This document shows positions 42,651-51,746 of a stretch of 64,000 bases of DNA, in pieces. Made by a program: the position numbers and the translations under genes. A model generated the notes under the pieces. It was not told the origin of the DNA. It saw nothing but the letters and a program-made list of their open reading frames with translations, and searched no databases. The stretch is from Gammaproteobacteria bacterium. GTDB lineage: Bacteria; Pseudomonadota; Gammaproteobacteria; Steroidobacterales; Rariloculaceae. Where the stretch lies: assembly GCA_036396795.1 (NCBI GenBank), contig DASWKF010000094.1, positions 33,061-97,060 on the forward strand. Direction: 5' to 3'. Position 1 is the first letter of the stretch, and each line of letters starts with the position of its first letter.

Positions 42651-42727
42651 GAAGCCCTCCGGCGCAGTCGTTGAGTGAGCGTCTAGGGTAACGCGCCTGC
42701 CGGCGACGCGCGACAGGCACGCGCCGC

Positions 42728-42759
42728 AAAAAAAACGGCGCCCCGTCGGGAGGCGCCGT
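42728..42759 (-). terminator. Intrinsic terminator downstream of the TonB-dependent receptor gene
   Basis: Minus strand reads ACGGCGCC-TCCCGACG-GGCGCCGT followed by TTTTTTT. Confidence 0.75.
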
Positions 42760-42787
42760 CGTCAGTCTCTAAGCTCGTCGAGGCTTT

Positions 42788-45388
42788 CTAGTTGGAGGCA
42801 CCGAAACGCGCCGTGAACTCGACGCCCCAGATATCGGGAGCCTGGTAACCGACCTCCCACACGCCCGAGCGGCCCGCGCCGCAGAGATTGATGATCCGCT
42901 CGTCGGTGATGTTGTAGCCGAATACCGAGGCCTCCCAGTTGCCCGCGGGCGGCGCGTAGGTCGCGCGCAGGCGCCACTTCGAATAGCCGTCCTGCAGGCA
43001 CTGGGTCGAGTTCTGGCCGACGACCTCCTGGCCGTAGTCGTACTCGTCCTGGATGTAGACGCCGAGCTGCGGACGCAGCGTGCCGCCGTTGGCAAGCGTG
43101 AACTCGTGCTCGATGAACGCGTTGATCGTCCACTCGGGTATACGGGCCAGGATTGCCGTATCCGACAGATCGTCGAAGCCGAAGGTATCGGGATTGAAGG
43201 CCACGAACGAGCTGTACTCCTGATCGAGCATGCCGAGGTCGACCGACAGGAAGCCGTTGTCCCAGGGTACGGCACGAAGCTCGAGCTCGATGCCGGTGAT
43301 GTCGACGTCGGATACGTTCTGCGTGAGCTCGATGTTCTGATCCGGGCCGAAGATGCCGTCGGGGTTTGCGAGCGTGATCGACTCCTGCTTGTCCGTGTAC
43401 TTCATGAAGAACACGTCGGCCGCCATGCGCAGGCGCCCGTCGAGCAGCGAGCCCTTGAAGCCGACCTCGTAGTTCGTCACGAACTCGGCGCCGAAGGCCT
43501 TGAGCGGCGCGAACTCGGGTACCAGGTTGACGTTGAGCTCGTCGTTGAACGCGCCCGTCAGATAACCCTCCGAGATCAGGAAGTAGACGATGCCGCTGTC
43601 GATGGTATCGCCCGGCGTCAGGTGGCGCGTCAGGCTCGCCATGAACGTGGGCTCGCTGTAGGTCGCGCGCTCGTTGTTATAGACGCCGTTCTCGAGCACC
43701 TGCTCCCGGTTCAGCAAGATCGTCGGCGCGCACATCTCGGTCGGTGGCGGGTCGCCGGGGTTGTTGTGGCTGCAAGATCCTTGGACGACCGTGACCTCGA
43801 CGTTCTCGAGCGTACGCGTGTCGTCCGTGTAGCGGCCGCCGACGGCGAGCTCCCAGGCCTCGCTGATTGTGTAGTTGAAGTGCGCGTAGACGGCGTTCGA
43901 CTCGGCCGTCACGTAGTCGTTGTTGGCGTTGATGCCGTCGAAGACAGAGTCCGGCAGGCGCTCGAAGATGTCCTGACCGGCGAGCGCGCAGAAGACGTCG
44001 TCGTCCGGCAGGCCGTTGATCGTGTCGGCGACCGGGTCGTAGGCTGCCTGCCATTGGCTCAGGCAAGTGCGATCGCCGGCCTTGCTGACGTCGTCGAGGT
44101 AATAGAAGCCCGCGACCATGTTCAGGCGCTCGTTGATATCGCCCGTGAAGAGCACCTCGAACTCGTTCGATGCGCGGTTCTGGCCGCGCGCGCCGAACGG
44201 GCTCATGCCGACGCCGTCGATCTTGAACTCCGTGAAGTCGCGGTCCTGAAGATAGCGGTACTCGTTGTAGCGGCGCGCGGCCTTGAACTGCCAGTTGCCG
44301 TTCTCGAACGGACCGTAGGCCTCGCCGGTGTCGTAGGTCGCGTCGATCGTGATCCACTCGTTGTCGACGTAGGACTTGGTGTCGAAGTCCTGGGAGGTCA
44401 CGTAGTCGCCCATCGAGCGCGTGATCTGGCAGGACTCCATCGCGGCGAGCGTCGTGCCGGGGCCGAGAAACTCGACGTTGCCGATGCCGTTGTTGGAGCC
44501 GCCCCAAGCGCCGTTGCCGTCGGCGAAGGGACCGGGCAAGCCGGAAATATCCTGGCCGTCGGCTTCGAGCGCGTCGAGCAGGTCGGCGTCCGGATAGGCG
44601 TAGCAGGAGTTGGCGAGATCGTCGTCGCGGTCGTACATGAGATTGATCCGCGTGTCGATCGTCCAGTTGTCGCTCGGCAGCCAGCGCAGCGCCGCGCCGA
44701 AGGTCTGGGTTTCCGTGCCGGCCGTGTCCTCGCCGAGATGGCGGTTGTACCAGTAGCCGTCATGGCTCTCGTGGCCCAAGTTGAAGCGCGCGTAGAGGTT
44801 GTCGGTGATCGGCGTGTTGATCATGCCGCGCACGTCGGCGCGGCCGTAGTCGCCGGCGCGCAGCGTGAGCTCGGAGGCGAAGTCCGGGCCGGGCTTGGCC
44901 GTGATGATGTTGACCGCGCCGCCGGTCACGTTCCGGCCGAACAGCGTGCCCTGCGGGCCGCGCAGCACTTCGATGCGCTCGACATCGGCGGTGCTGTTGA
45001 AAGCACCCAAGTTGCCGACCTGGATGTGGCCGTCGATGTAGACCGCGGTGCCGAACACCTGAGCCGGGTTCGAGAAGCCGCCGCCGAGTCCGCGGATCCA
45101 GAGCTCCGTGTCGTTCGCGCGCACGTCCTCGGCGAGCGCGATGTTCGGCACGACCTCGGACATGTCGATCAGGTTGTAGACGCCCTGCGCCTGCATCGCG
45201 TCGGCCGTGATCGCCGCGACCGAGAGCGGCAGGCTCTCAAGACTCTCCTCGCGCCGTCGCGCCGTGACGACGATTTCTTCGAGCATCGCCTGCGCCGAGG
45301 CCGATTGCGCCTGCACGGGCGCCGATTCGAACATCAGCGCGCCGACGCAGAGCAAGCCGGAAGTGCGTAAGACAGGATGAATAGTCAT
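42788..45388 (-). CDS. TonB-dependent outer membrane receptor
   Basis: Signal peptide, plug domain start EEIVVTARRREESLESLPLSV, and long beta-barrel with alternating aromatic/Gly pattern. 866 aa, strong GGGGGAGAG Shine-Dalgarno. Substrate unknown. Confidence 0.9.
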   Translation of the reverse strand: MTIHPVLRTSGLLCVGALMFESAPVQAQSASAQAMLEEIVVTARRREESLESLPLSVAAITADAMQAQGVYNLIDMSEVVPNIALAEDVRANDTELWIRGLGGGFSNPAQVFGTAVYIDGHIQVGNLGAFNSTADVERIEVLRGPQGTLFGRNVTGGAVNIITAKPGPDFASELTLRAGDYGRADVRGMINTPITDNLYARFNLGHESHDGYWYNRHLGEDTAGTETQTFGAALRWLPSDNWTIDTRINLMYDRDDDLANSCYAYPDADLLDALEADGQDISGLPGPFADGNGAWGGSNNGIGNVEFLGPGTTLAAMESCQITRSMGDYVTSQDFDTKSYVDNEWITIDATYDTGEAYGPFENGNWQFKAARRYNEYRYLQDRDFTEFKIDGVGMSPFGARGQNRASNEFEVLFTGDINERLNMVAGFYYLDDVSKAGDRTCLSQWQAAYDPVADTINGLPDDDVFCALAGQDIFERLPDSVFDGINANNDYVTAESNAVYAHFNYTISEAWELAVGGRYTDDTRTLENVEVTVVQGSCSHNNPGDPPPTEMCAPTILLNREQVLENGVYNNERATYSEPTFMASLTRHLTPGDTIDSGIVYFLISEGYLTGAFNDELNVNLVPEFAPLKAFGAEFVTNYEVGFKGSLLDGRLRMAADVFFMKYTDKQESITLANPDGIFGPDQNIELTQNVSDVDITGIELELRAVPWDNGFLSVDLGMLDQEYSSFVAFNPDTFGFDDLSDTAILARIPEWTINAFIEHEFTLANGGTLRPQLGVYIQDEYDYGQEVVGQNSTQCLQDGYSKWRLRATYAPPAGNWEASVFGYNITDERIINLCGAGRSGVWEVGYQAPDIWGVEFTARFGASN

Positions 45389-45709
45389 GTGGCTCTCCCC
45401 CTAGGATAGCTGATCATGCCGCGCGGTTGTGTCAAGGCTACAACGCGAACCCGCCGGCAACCTGTGGGGTGCGCTCGAACAGTGCGACCCCCCACGGGAG
45501 TGAAGCTACCCAAGAAATGGCCGTCTTGCAAGGAATTTCGGTCGAGACCCCGGGGCTGAAAGCGGCCTCGGAAAGGCGGGGATCCCGTGGCCTTATCCCA
45601 AGGCCGGTTCCGGCGTTGCGTTAAAGCGACGAAAAGCCCGGCATGTTACGTAAACAATTCGGGGGCGCGCACGGCCGGCGCAACGCAGCGAGCGCTGGGG
45701 GTGTCGCCG

Positions 45710-46663
45710 TTAGAGGCCCGCAAGCCAGTCGGCGTCCGAGCCCTCGGCGACGTCGTCGAACAGGAAAGAGCTGAGGTAGCGCTCGCCGGTATCCGGCAGC
45801 ATCACCAGCAGCACCGAGCCGGCCGGGGCTTGCTCTGCGACCTTGAAGCCCGCGGCGAGCGTGGCGCCGGAGGAGATGCCGACGAAGATGCCTTCCTCGG
45901 CCGCGAGCCGGCGCGCCACCGTCTTGCCTTCATCGTCGGTCACGGGCAGGAGCTGGTCGTGCAGGTCGGTGCGCAGCACGTCGGGCAGAAAATCCGGCGT
46001 CCAGCCCTGGATCTTGTGCGGCTTCCACTCGGCGCCGCCGATCAGCGAGGCGCCGGCGGGCTCGGTGGCGATGATCTTGACCTCGGGGCGGGCGAGCCTG
46101 ATGACCTCGCCGGCGCCGGTGAGCGTGCCGCCCGTGCCCCAGCCCGTCACCCAATAGTCGAGCCGTTTGCCTGCAAAATCGCGCAGAATTTCCGCTCCCG
46201 TGGTCTGGCGGTGAAACGCCGGGTTGGCGGGGTTGTCGAACTGCCGCGCGAGGAACCAGCCGTGCTTCTCGGCGAGCTCCTTGGCGAGCCTGACCATGCC
46301 GGTGCCGCGCTCGGCGGCCGGCGTGAGGATCACCTTGGCGCCGAGCGCGCGCATGATCTTGCGCCGCTCTACCGAGAAGGTCTCGACCATGGTGGCGACG
46401 AAGCCGTAGCCCTTGGCCGCGGCGACCATCGCCAGCGCGATGCCGGTGTTGCCGGAGGTCGCCTCGACGATCGTCTGCCCGGGCGCCAGCAGCCCCTTGC
46501 GCTCGGCATCGTCGACGATCGCGAACGCGAGGCGGTCCTTGACGGACCCCAGCGGGTTGAAGGCTTCGATCTTGACGTAGATCGTGACGTGCTTGGGCGC
46601 GATGCGCTGCAAGCGGACGACGGGCGTATTGCCGATCGTCTCCAGAATGCTGTCGTAGATCAT
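45710..46663 (-). CDS. cysK: Cysteine synthase A (O-acetylserine sulfhydrylase)
   Basis: NPLGSVKDR PLP-lysine motif, TSGNTGIALA, 317 aa. Confidence 0.95.
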   Translation of the reverse strand: MIYDSILETIGNTPVVRLQRIAPKHVTIYVKIEAFNPLGSVKDRLAFAIVDDAERKGLLAPGQTIVEATSGNTGIALAMVAAAKGYGFVATMVETFSVERRKIMRALGAKVILTPAAERGTGMVRLAKELAEKHGWFLARQFDNPANPAFHRQTTGAEILRDFAGKRLDYWVTGWGTGGTLTGAGEVIRLARPEVKIIATEPAGASLIGGAEWKPHKIQGWTPDFLPDVLRTDLHDQLLPVTDDEGKTVARRLAAEEGIFVGISSGATLAAGFKVAEQAPAGSVLLVMLPDTGERYLSSFLFDDVAEGSDADWLAGL

Positions 46664-46675
46664 AGGTTTTGTTCT

Positions 46676-48121
46676 TCAGACCACGAGGCGTTGTCGTTGG
46701 CTTTGCGCGTGGTAGCCGCCCTTATAATGCACGAATCCCTCGGGCGCAAACCAGCGGTAGCGCGCGGCAAGCTCGGTCGTCGCACCGACGAGCAACAATG
46801 CCGGGCTCTCGACGTCGAGCTCGGCCGAGGCTTCCGCGAGATCGCCGAGCGCGCAAACGATGACGCGCTGCTCGAGCGTCGTGCCGCGCTCGACGATCGC
46901 GACGGGCAATGACGGCGAGTTGCCGGCCGCGATGAGCTCGGCGGCGATCGGCGTGTAACGCGAAACACCCATGTAGAGCGCCAGCGTCTGGCCCGGATCG
47001 AGCGTTCCTAAGCCCGGGGCGCCCTTGGCGTGGCCGTGACCGGTGGTCAACAGCAGCGTCGAGGCTGCGCCGCGCAAGGTCAGCGGGATCCCGGCATAGG
47101 CTGCGCAGCCGGTGACCGCCGAGACGCCCGGCACGACCTGGAAAGCCAGGCCGGCGCCGGCGAGCGCTTCGAGCTCCTCGCCGCCGCGGCCGAAAATCAT
47201 CGGGTCGCCGCCCTTGAGCCGGCAGACGCGCTTGCCGCTCTTGACGCGCTCGACCAGCAGCCGGTTGATCTGCTTTTGCGTGATCGAAGGCGTGCCTGCA
47301 CGCTTGCCGACGAAGATGAGCTCGGCGTCGCGGCGCGCGTAATCGAGCACCGCGGGCTCGACCAGCCGGTCGTAGAGCACGACCTCTGCCTGCGCGAGCA
47401 GTTGGCGGCCGCGCAAGGTGATGAGGTCGGGGCTGCCGGGGCCGGCGCCGACGAGATAGGCCTCGCCGGCTCGCCGGCCGCCGTTTGCCCGCCAAGCGGC
47501 GAGCGCCTCATCCAGCGCCGCCTCGGCGCCGGCCTCGTCGCCCGCGTAGCAGCGCTCAGGCACGCTGCTCTCGAGCAGCGTTTCCCAGAAGCGCCTGCGT
47601 AAGTCCATGTCGGGGATGGCGCTCTTGACGCGCTCACGCCAGCTTCCTGCGAGCCGCGCGAAGCGCCCGAGCTCGGCCGGCAGCACCGCTTCGATGAGGC
47701 CCTTGACCCAGCGGGCGATCACCGGCGAGCTGCCGCCGGTCGACACCGCGATCGTCACCGGGTCGCGGCGCAGCACCGCCGGCGAGATGAAGGAGCTTTG
47801 GCCTGCGTCGTCGACGACGTTGCAGAACCGCTGTTGTGCCTCGGCGGCCGCAAACACGCGCGCGTTCAACGCCCGATCGCTGGTCGCGGCGACGACCAGC
47901 CACTGGCCCTGAAGCCGGTCCTCGGCGAAGGGCTCGGCGATCCAGCGGATCTCGCCCGAGTCGGCCAGGCCCTCGAGCGAGCGCGTGAGGCTCGGGCTCA
48001 CGACGCTGACCTCGGCGCCGCAGGCCAGAAGCTCGCGCGCCTTGCGCTCGGCGACGCGGCCGCCGCCGATCACGATGCAGGGGCGGCCGTCGAGCCGGGT
48101 GAACAGGGGCAGGTATTCCAT
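46676..48121 (-). CDS. cysG: Siroheme synthase CysG (precorrin-2 dehydrogenase/ferrochelatase + SUMT)
   Basis: N-terminal Rossmann IVIGGGRVAERK, C-terminal methylase GAGPGSPDLITLRG...GGDPMIFGRGGEE. 481 aa. Confidence 0.92.
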   Translation of the reverse strand: MEYLPLFTRLDGRPCIVIGGGRVAERKARELLACGAEVSVVSPSLTRSLEGLADSGEIRWIAEPFAEDRLQGQWLVVAATSDRALNARVFAAAEAQQRFCNVVDDAGQSSFISPAVLRRDPVTIAVSTGGSSPVIARWVKGLIEAVLPAELGRFARLAGSWRERVKSAIPDMDLRRRFWETLLESSVPERCYAGDEAGAEAALDEALAAWRANGGRRAGEAYLVGAGPGSPDLITLRGRQLLAQAEVVLYDRLVEPAVLDYARRDAELIFVGKRAGTPSITQKQINRLLVERVKSGKRVCRLKGGDPMIFGRGGEELEALAGAGLAFQVVPGVSAVTGCAAYAGIPLTLRGAASTLLLTTGHGHAKGAPGLGTLDPGQTLALYMGVSRYTPIAAELIAAGNSPSLPVAIVERGTTLEQRVIVCALGDLAEASAELDVESPALLLVGATTELAARYRWFAPEGFVHYKGGYHAQSQRQRLVV

Positions 48122-48214
48122 GAGGTCCAGTCGCAGCTGCCGGGCCGGTCACGATACCGCCCCGCCGAGGGCCGTCCCAAGACCGTGTATGTCTTCGCTT
48201 ATTCCAAAGAGCTA

Positions 48215-48245
48215 TTGACTGGTTGATCTAACGAATGGTTATATA
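48215..48245 (+). promoter_or_regulatory. Possible sigma-70 promoter of cysB in the cysG-cysB divergent region
   Basis: TTGACT, 18-19 nt spacer, then TTATAT/TATATA, about 25 nt upstream of ATG 48269. Spacer longer than optimal. Confidence 0.35.
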
Positions 48246-48268
48246 GCTCCTACCCCCGGCCGCCGCTC

Positions 48269-49279
48269 ATGACGCTCAAGCAACTCAGATACCTGATCGC
48301 GATCGTCGATTGCGGTCTCAACATCACCTCCGCCGCGGAGCGGCTGTTCACCAGCCAGCCCGGCATCTCCAAGCAGCTCAAGCAGCTCGAGGCCGAGCTC
48401 GGGATGCAGCTCTTCACCCGCAAGGGCAAGAGTCTCGCGGCCGTGACCCCCGCCGGCACCGAGGTCCTCGAGCGCGCCCGCCGCGTGCTGCGCGAGGTCG
48501 AGAACATCACCAACCTGTCGCGCGAGCTCACCGGCGAGCAGGCCGGAACGCTGTCGATCGCGACCACGCACACCCAGGCACGCTACGTGCTGCCCGACGT
48601 CATTGCCGCCTTCACCGAGCGTTATCCCAAGGTCGATTTGGAGCTGCATCAAGGCACCTCGGAGCAGATCGCCGAGCTGGTCGCGGCGCATCGCGTCGAT
48701 TTCGCGATCGCCAGCGGCTCGCTGAAGCTCTTCTCCAACCTGACGGTGCTGCCGATCTACCACTGGCACCGCATCGCGCTGGTGCCGAAGAACCATCCGC
48801 TCGCGACCGACAACAGCCCGCTGACGCTGAAGACGCTGGCGGCCTATCCGCTGGTCACCTACGTCTTCAGCCTGACCGGCGAGTCGTCGTTCAAGCAGGC
48901 TTTCCAGGCGCAGGGCCTGGATCCGCGCGTGGCGTTCACGGCGCGCGACGCCGACATCATCAAGACCTATGTGCGCATGGGCATGGGCGTCGGCATCATC
49001 GCCTCGATGGCCTACGAGTGCCCGGATCAAAAGGACCTCACGGCCATCGACGCCAAAGGCCTGTTCCCGCAGATCACGACCTGGCTCGGGTTTCCCAAGG
49101 ACATGGTGCTGCGCAGCTACATGGTGGATTTCATCAATCTGCTCGCGCCGCATCTGCCGGTGCGCTGGATCCGCGACGTCGCCGGCGCCGAGACCCCGGA
49201 GGCAGTGGCCGAGCTGCTCGAGGGCATCGAGCTGCCGGTGCGCGGCGGCTGCGAGGAAGACGCCGCGGCCGCGGCCTAA
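48269..49279 (+). CDS. cysB: LysR-family transcriptional regulator CysB
   Basis: MTLKQLRYLIAIVDCGLNITSAAERLFTSQPGISKQLKQLE closely follows the CysB/Cbl N-terminus. 336 aa, divergent from cysG-cysK. Confidence 0.9.
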   Translation: MTLKQLRYLIAIVDCGLNITSAAERLFTSQPGISKQLKQLEAELGMQLFTRKGKSLAAVTPAGTEVLERARRVLREVENITNLSRELTGEQAGTLSIATTHTQARYVLPDVIAAFTERYPKVDLELHQGTSEQIAELVAAHRVDFAIASGSLKLFSNLTVLPIYHWHRIALVPKNHPLATDNSPLTLKTLAAYPLVTYVFSLTGESSFKQAFQAQGLDPRVAFTARDADIIKTYVRMGMGVGIIASMAYECPDQKDLTAIDAKGLFPQITTWLGFPKDMVLRSYMVDFINLLAPHLPVRWIRDVAGAETPEAVAELLEGIELPVRGGCEEDAAAAA

Positions 49280-50640
49280 GCGCTCGAGATCTCCGCGGCG
49301 GCGCGCTCGCCCGATTCCATCGCGGCTTCCATGCCGCGCGCCGCCTCGCTCAGGTGCTCGCCGCAGAAATGCAGGCGGCCGTGCGCGCGGCCCATCTCGG
49401 CGGCGAGCTCGGTGACCTGCCCGGGGCGAAAATACGCCCAGCCGCCGAGCGCGAACGGGTCGCTGCCCCAGGACTTTATTCCTGCGAGCTCGAGCCGGCC
49501 GCGCGCCGCCGGCCGGATCGCTTCGATCGCCTCGATCACCAGGCGCCCGGCGTCTTTCTCGGGCAGCACGTCGAGCCGGCGGGCGTTGGGCCCCATCGTC
49601 CAGGCAGTGAAGCTCGTGACCTCGTCGGGATCCTCGCCGTTGCGCGCCGCCGCGAGCATGCCGGCGACGCCGTCGGTGTAGAGGCTCGGCGCGTAGCCGT
49701 CGTCGTTCCAGAACTCAGCCGTGTGCGTGAGGTAGACCTGCGTCATCGCCTGATAGGGCAGCGTCTGCACGGCGCGCGCTTGCGCACCGCTAAGCGGCGG
49801 ATCGATGGCGATGTTTCCGAGCACCGGGAACGGCAGCGCGCAGACGACCGCGCGGGCGGCGTAGCGGCTGCCGTCGGCGCAGCGAACCAGCGCTGCATCG
49901 TCGCCGCTTTCGATCGCGACGACTACTTTGTCGAGCAGCACGCCGGGCGCAAGCGCCTCGGCCATCGCCTCGGGGATGCGCTGCACGCCGTCGCGGGCGG
50001 TGTAGCCGATCACATCGCCGGCAGCCTCGGCTCGCTGTGCGGTCGAGAACGCCGCGCGAAACAGCATCAACAGCGCCGAGACGTCGGCGGCGTTCTCGCC
50101 GTAGCCCACGTTGATGCCATAGCTCATATCGATGAGCTCGTCCGCGCATCCTAAGCCGCGCATCCAGTCGCGCAGCGAGATGTCGTGAATCGCCTGCTTG
50201 GGATCCAGCCAGTCGGCCGGTTTTGCGAGCGGGTTCTCGCGGGCCGTGAGCACGCGGTGATGCATCCACGGCATCAGCGCGCGGTCCGGCTCGGGAAACG
50301 GATTGGCCGGATGCGACGGCCACTCGGACTGGCGAATGATCTGTCGGCCCAGCACCAGCTCCTGCTCGCGAAAAAACTTGCAGATCGGCGTGACGTCGAT
50401 GAGCTCGACGCCGTGGCGCTCGGCGGCGGCGATGAGGCGCGTGTAACCGGCGCCGATGTAGGTGCCGCCGGCCTCGGCGGTGCTTGCGAGCTGGCGCATC
50501 GAGTGCACCCGGCCGCCGACGCGCGCTTGCGCTTCGAGCACGCGGGCATCCAGCCCGGCGCGCTTGAGCGCGAGCGCGGCCGAGAGCCCGGCGAGCCCCG
50601 CGCCGACGACGACGACCTCGTGCCGCTCCGCCCGGCTCAC
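49276..50640 (-). CDS. FAD-dependent amine-oxidase-fold flavoprotein; by context a candidate copro/protoporphyrinogen oxidase (HemY/CgoX role)
   Basis: GxGxxG VVVVGAGLAGLSAALAL...VLEAQARVGGRV and C-terminal LHFCGEH...GMEAAMESGERAA (flavin amine oxidase-like). GTG start overlaps the hemH stop (GTGA). Last gene of the heme operon. Confidence 0.6.
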   Translation of the reverse strand: MSRAERHEVVVVGAGLAGLSAALALKRAGLDARVLEAQARVGGRVHSMRQLASTAEAGGTYIGAGYTRLIAAAERHGVELIDVTPICKFFREQELVLGRQIIRQSEWPSHPANPFPEPDRALMPWMHHRVLTARENPLAKPADWLDPKQAIHDISLRDWMRGLGCADELIDMSYGINVGYGENAADVSALLMLFRAAFSTAQRAEAAGDVIGYTARDGVQRIPEAMAEALAPGVLLDKVVVAIESGDDAALVRCADGSRYAARAVVCALPFPVLGNIAIDPPLSGAQARAVQTLPYQAMTQVYLTHTAEFWNDDGYAPSLYTDGVAGMLAAARNGEDPDEVTSFTAWTMGPNARRLDVLPEKDAGRLVIEAIEAIRPAARGRLELAGIKSWGSDPFALGGWAYFRPGQVTELAAEMGRAHGRLHFCGEHLSEAARGMEAAMESGERAAAEISSA

Positions 50641-51746
50641 GGCGTCGAGACACCGTCGGCGACGCCGGCGAGCGACGGCCTCGGCGCCCCGGGCCGCCCC
50701 GACAGGCAGCAGTTGACCGGGCAGAAATCGTGGCTCGCGCCGAAATCGCCGAGCGCGCGGCGCTCGGGATCCTCGGTCATGCGCTCATCGATGAGCTCGC
50801 GCACCATCGCGACGTAGCTCGGGTGGCTGCCGACGGTCGCGGCGCGAAGCATGTTCAAGCCGAGCTCGCTCGCGCGCTTTTTCGCGTCGACGTCGAGATC
50901 GAGCACGACTTCCATGTGATCGCAGACGAAGCCGATGGGGGCGACCACGACGTCACGCGCACTGCGCGCGGCGAGCTTCTCGAGCACGGCGTCGATCGAC
51001 GGCGACAGCCAGGCATCGCCGTAAGCGGTGTTGTGGCTCTGGTAGGCGAGCTCCCAAGGCGGCGCGGCGATGCTTGCGGCGACGAGCCGGCAGGCTTCGT
51101 GCAGCTGGCTCTGATACGGCGCGTGGCGCGCCATCGACTCGGGCAGGCTGTGCGCGGTGAACACCAGCGGCGCGGCGGCGCGCGCGTGCTCCGGCAGCTC
51201 GGCGTAGGCCTCGCGCACGCGCGAGCTTACGGCTTCGATGAAGCCCGGATGGTTGTAGCCGTGGCGCAGCTTGTCGATGACGGGTGCCGCGTCGAGACCC
51301 GCGACCGCCGCGTAGAGATCCTCGCGGTAACGGCGGCAGCCGCTGTAGGAGCCGAAGGTGCTGGTGACGTAGGCGATCGCGCGGCGCACGCCGTCGTCGC
51401 GCATGCGCTTCACTGTGTCGGGCAAGAGCGGATGCCAATTGCGATTGCCCCAGTAGACCGGAAGATCGAGCCCCGACGTCTCGAGCTCGCGCTCGAGCGC
51501 GCCGATGAAGGCGCGCGTGTGCGCGTTGATCGGGCTGACGCCGCCGAAAGCCGCGTAGCGCTCGGCGATCTTGGCTTTGGCTTGCGGCGGCAGCTTCAAG
51601 CCCTCGAGCACCTTGTCGAGGAAGGGCATGACGTCGCCGGGTCCCTCGGGACCGCCGAAAGACACCACCAGCACGGCGTCGTAGGCGTGCGCCGCGGTGT
51701 CGATGAGCCCCAGGGGCGGGGCCGCCGGACGCGGGCCCTCAGGCAT
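50637..51746 (-). CDS. hemH: Ferrochelatase (actinobacterial/CpfC-like, Cys-rich C-terminus)
   Basis: DAVLVVSFGGPEGPGDVMPFL, YWGNRNWHPLL, HSLP motifs. Internal SGCRRY and C-terminal FCPVNCC cysteines. ATG 51746 (alternative GTG 51755) overlaps the upstream gene. Confidence 0.9.
   Translation of the reverse strand: MPEGPRPAAPPLGLIDTAAHAYDAVLVVSFGGPEGPGDVMPFLDKVLEGLKLPPQAKAKIAERYAAFGGVSPINAHTRAFIGALERELETSGLDLPVYWGNRNWHPLLPDTVKRMRDDGVRRAIAYVTSTFGSYSGCRRYREDLYAAVAGLDAAPVIDKLRHGYNHPGFIEAVSSRVREAYAELPEHARAAAPLVFTAHSLPESMARHAPYQSQLHEACRLVAASIAAPPWELAYQSHNTAYGDAWLSPSIDAVLEKLAARSARDVVVAPIGFVCDHMEVVLDLDVDAKKRASELGLNMLRAATVGSHPSYVAMVRELIDERMTEDPERRALGDFGASHDFCPVNCCLSGRPGAPRPSLAGVADGVSTP

Noticed and set aside
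43106-45370. 754-aa ORF on the plus strand
   Set aside because: Antisense to the TonB-dependent receptor gene, which has a signal peptide, plug motif, Shine-Dalgarno and terminator. The composition is artefactual.
48310-50154. 614-aa plus-strand ORF spanning the cysB and oxidase region
   Set aside because: It is out of frame with cysB and antisense to the flavoprotein gene. No motifs; a shadow ORF.
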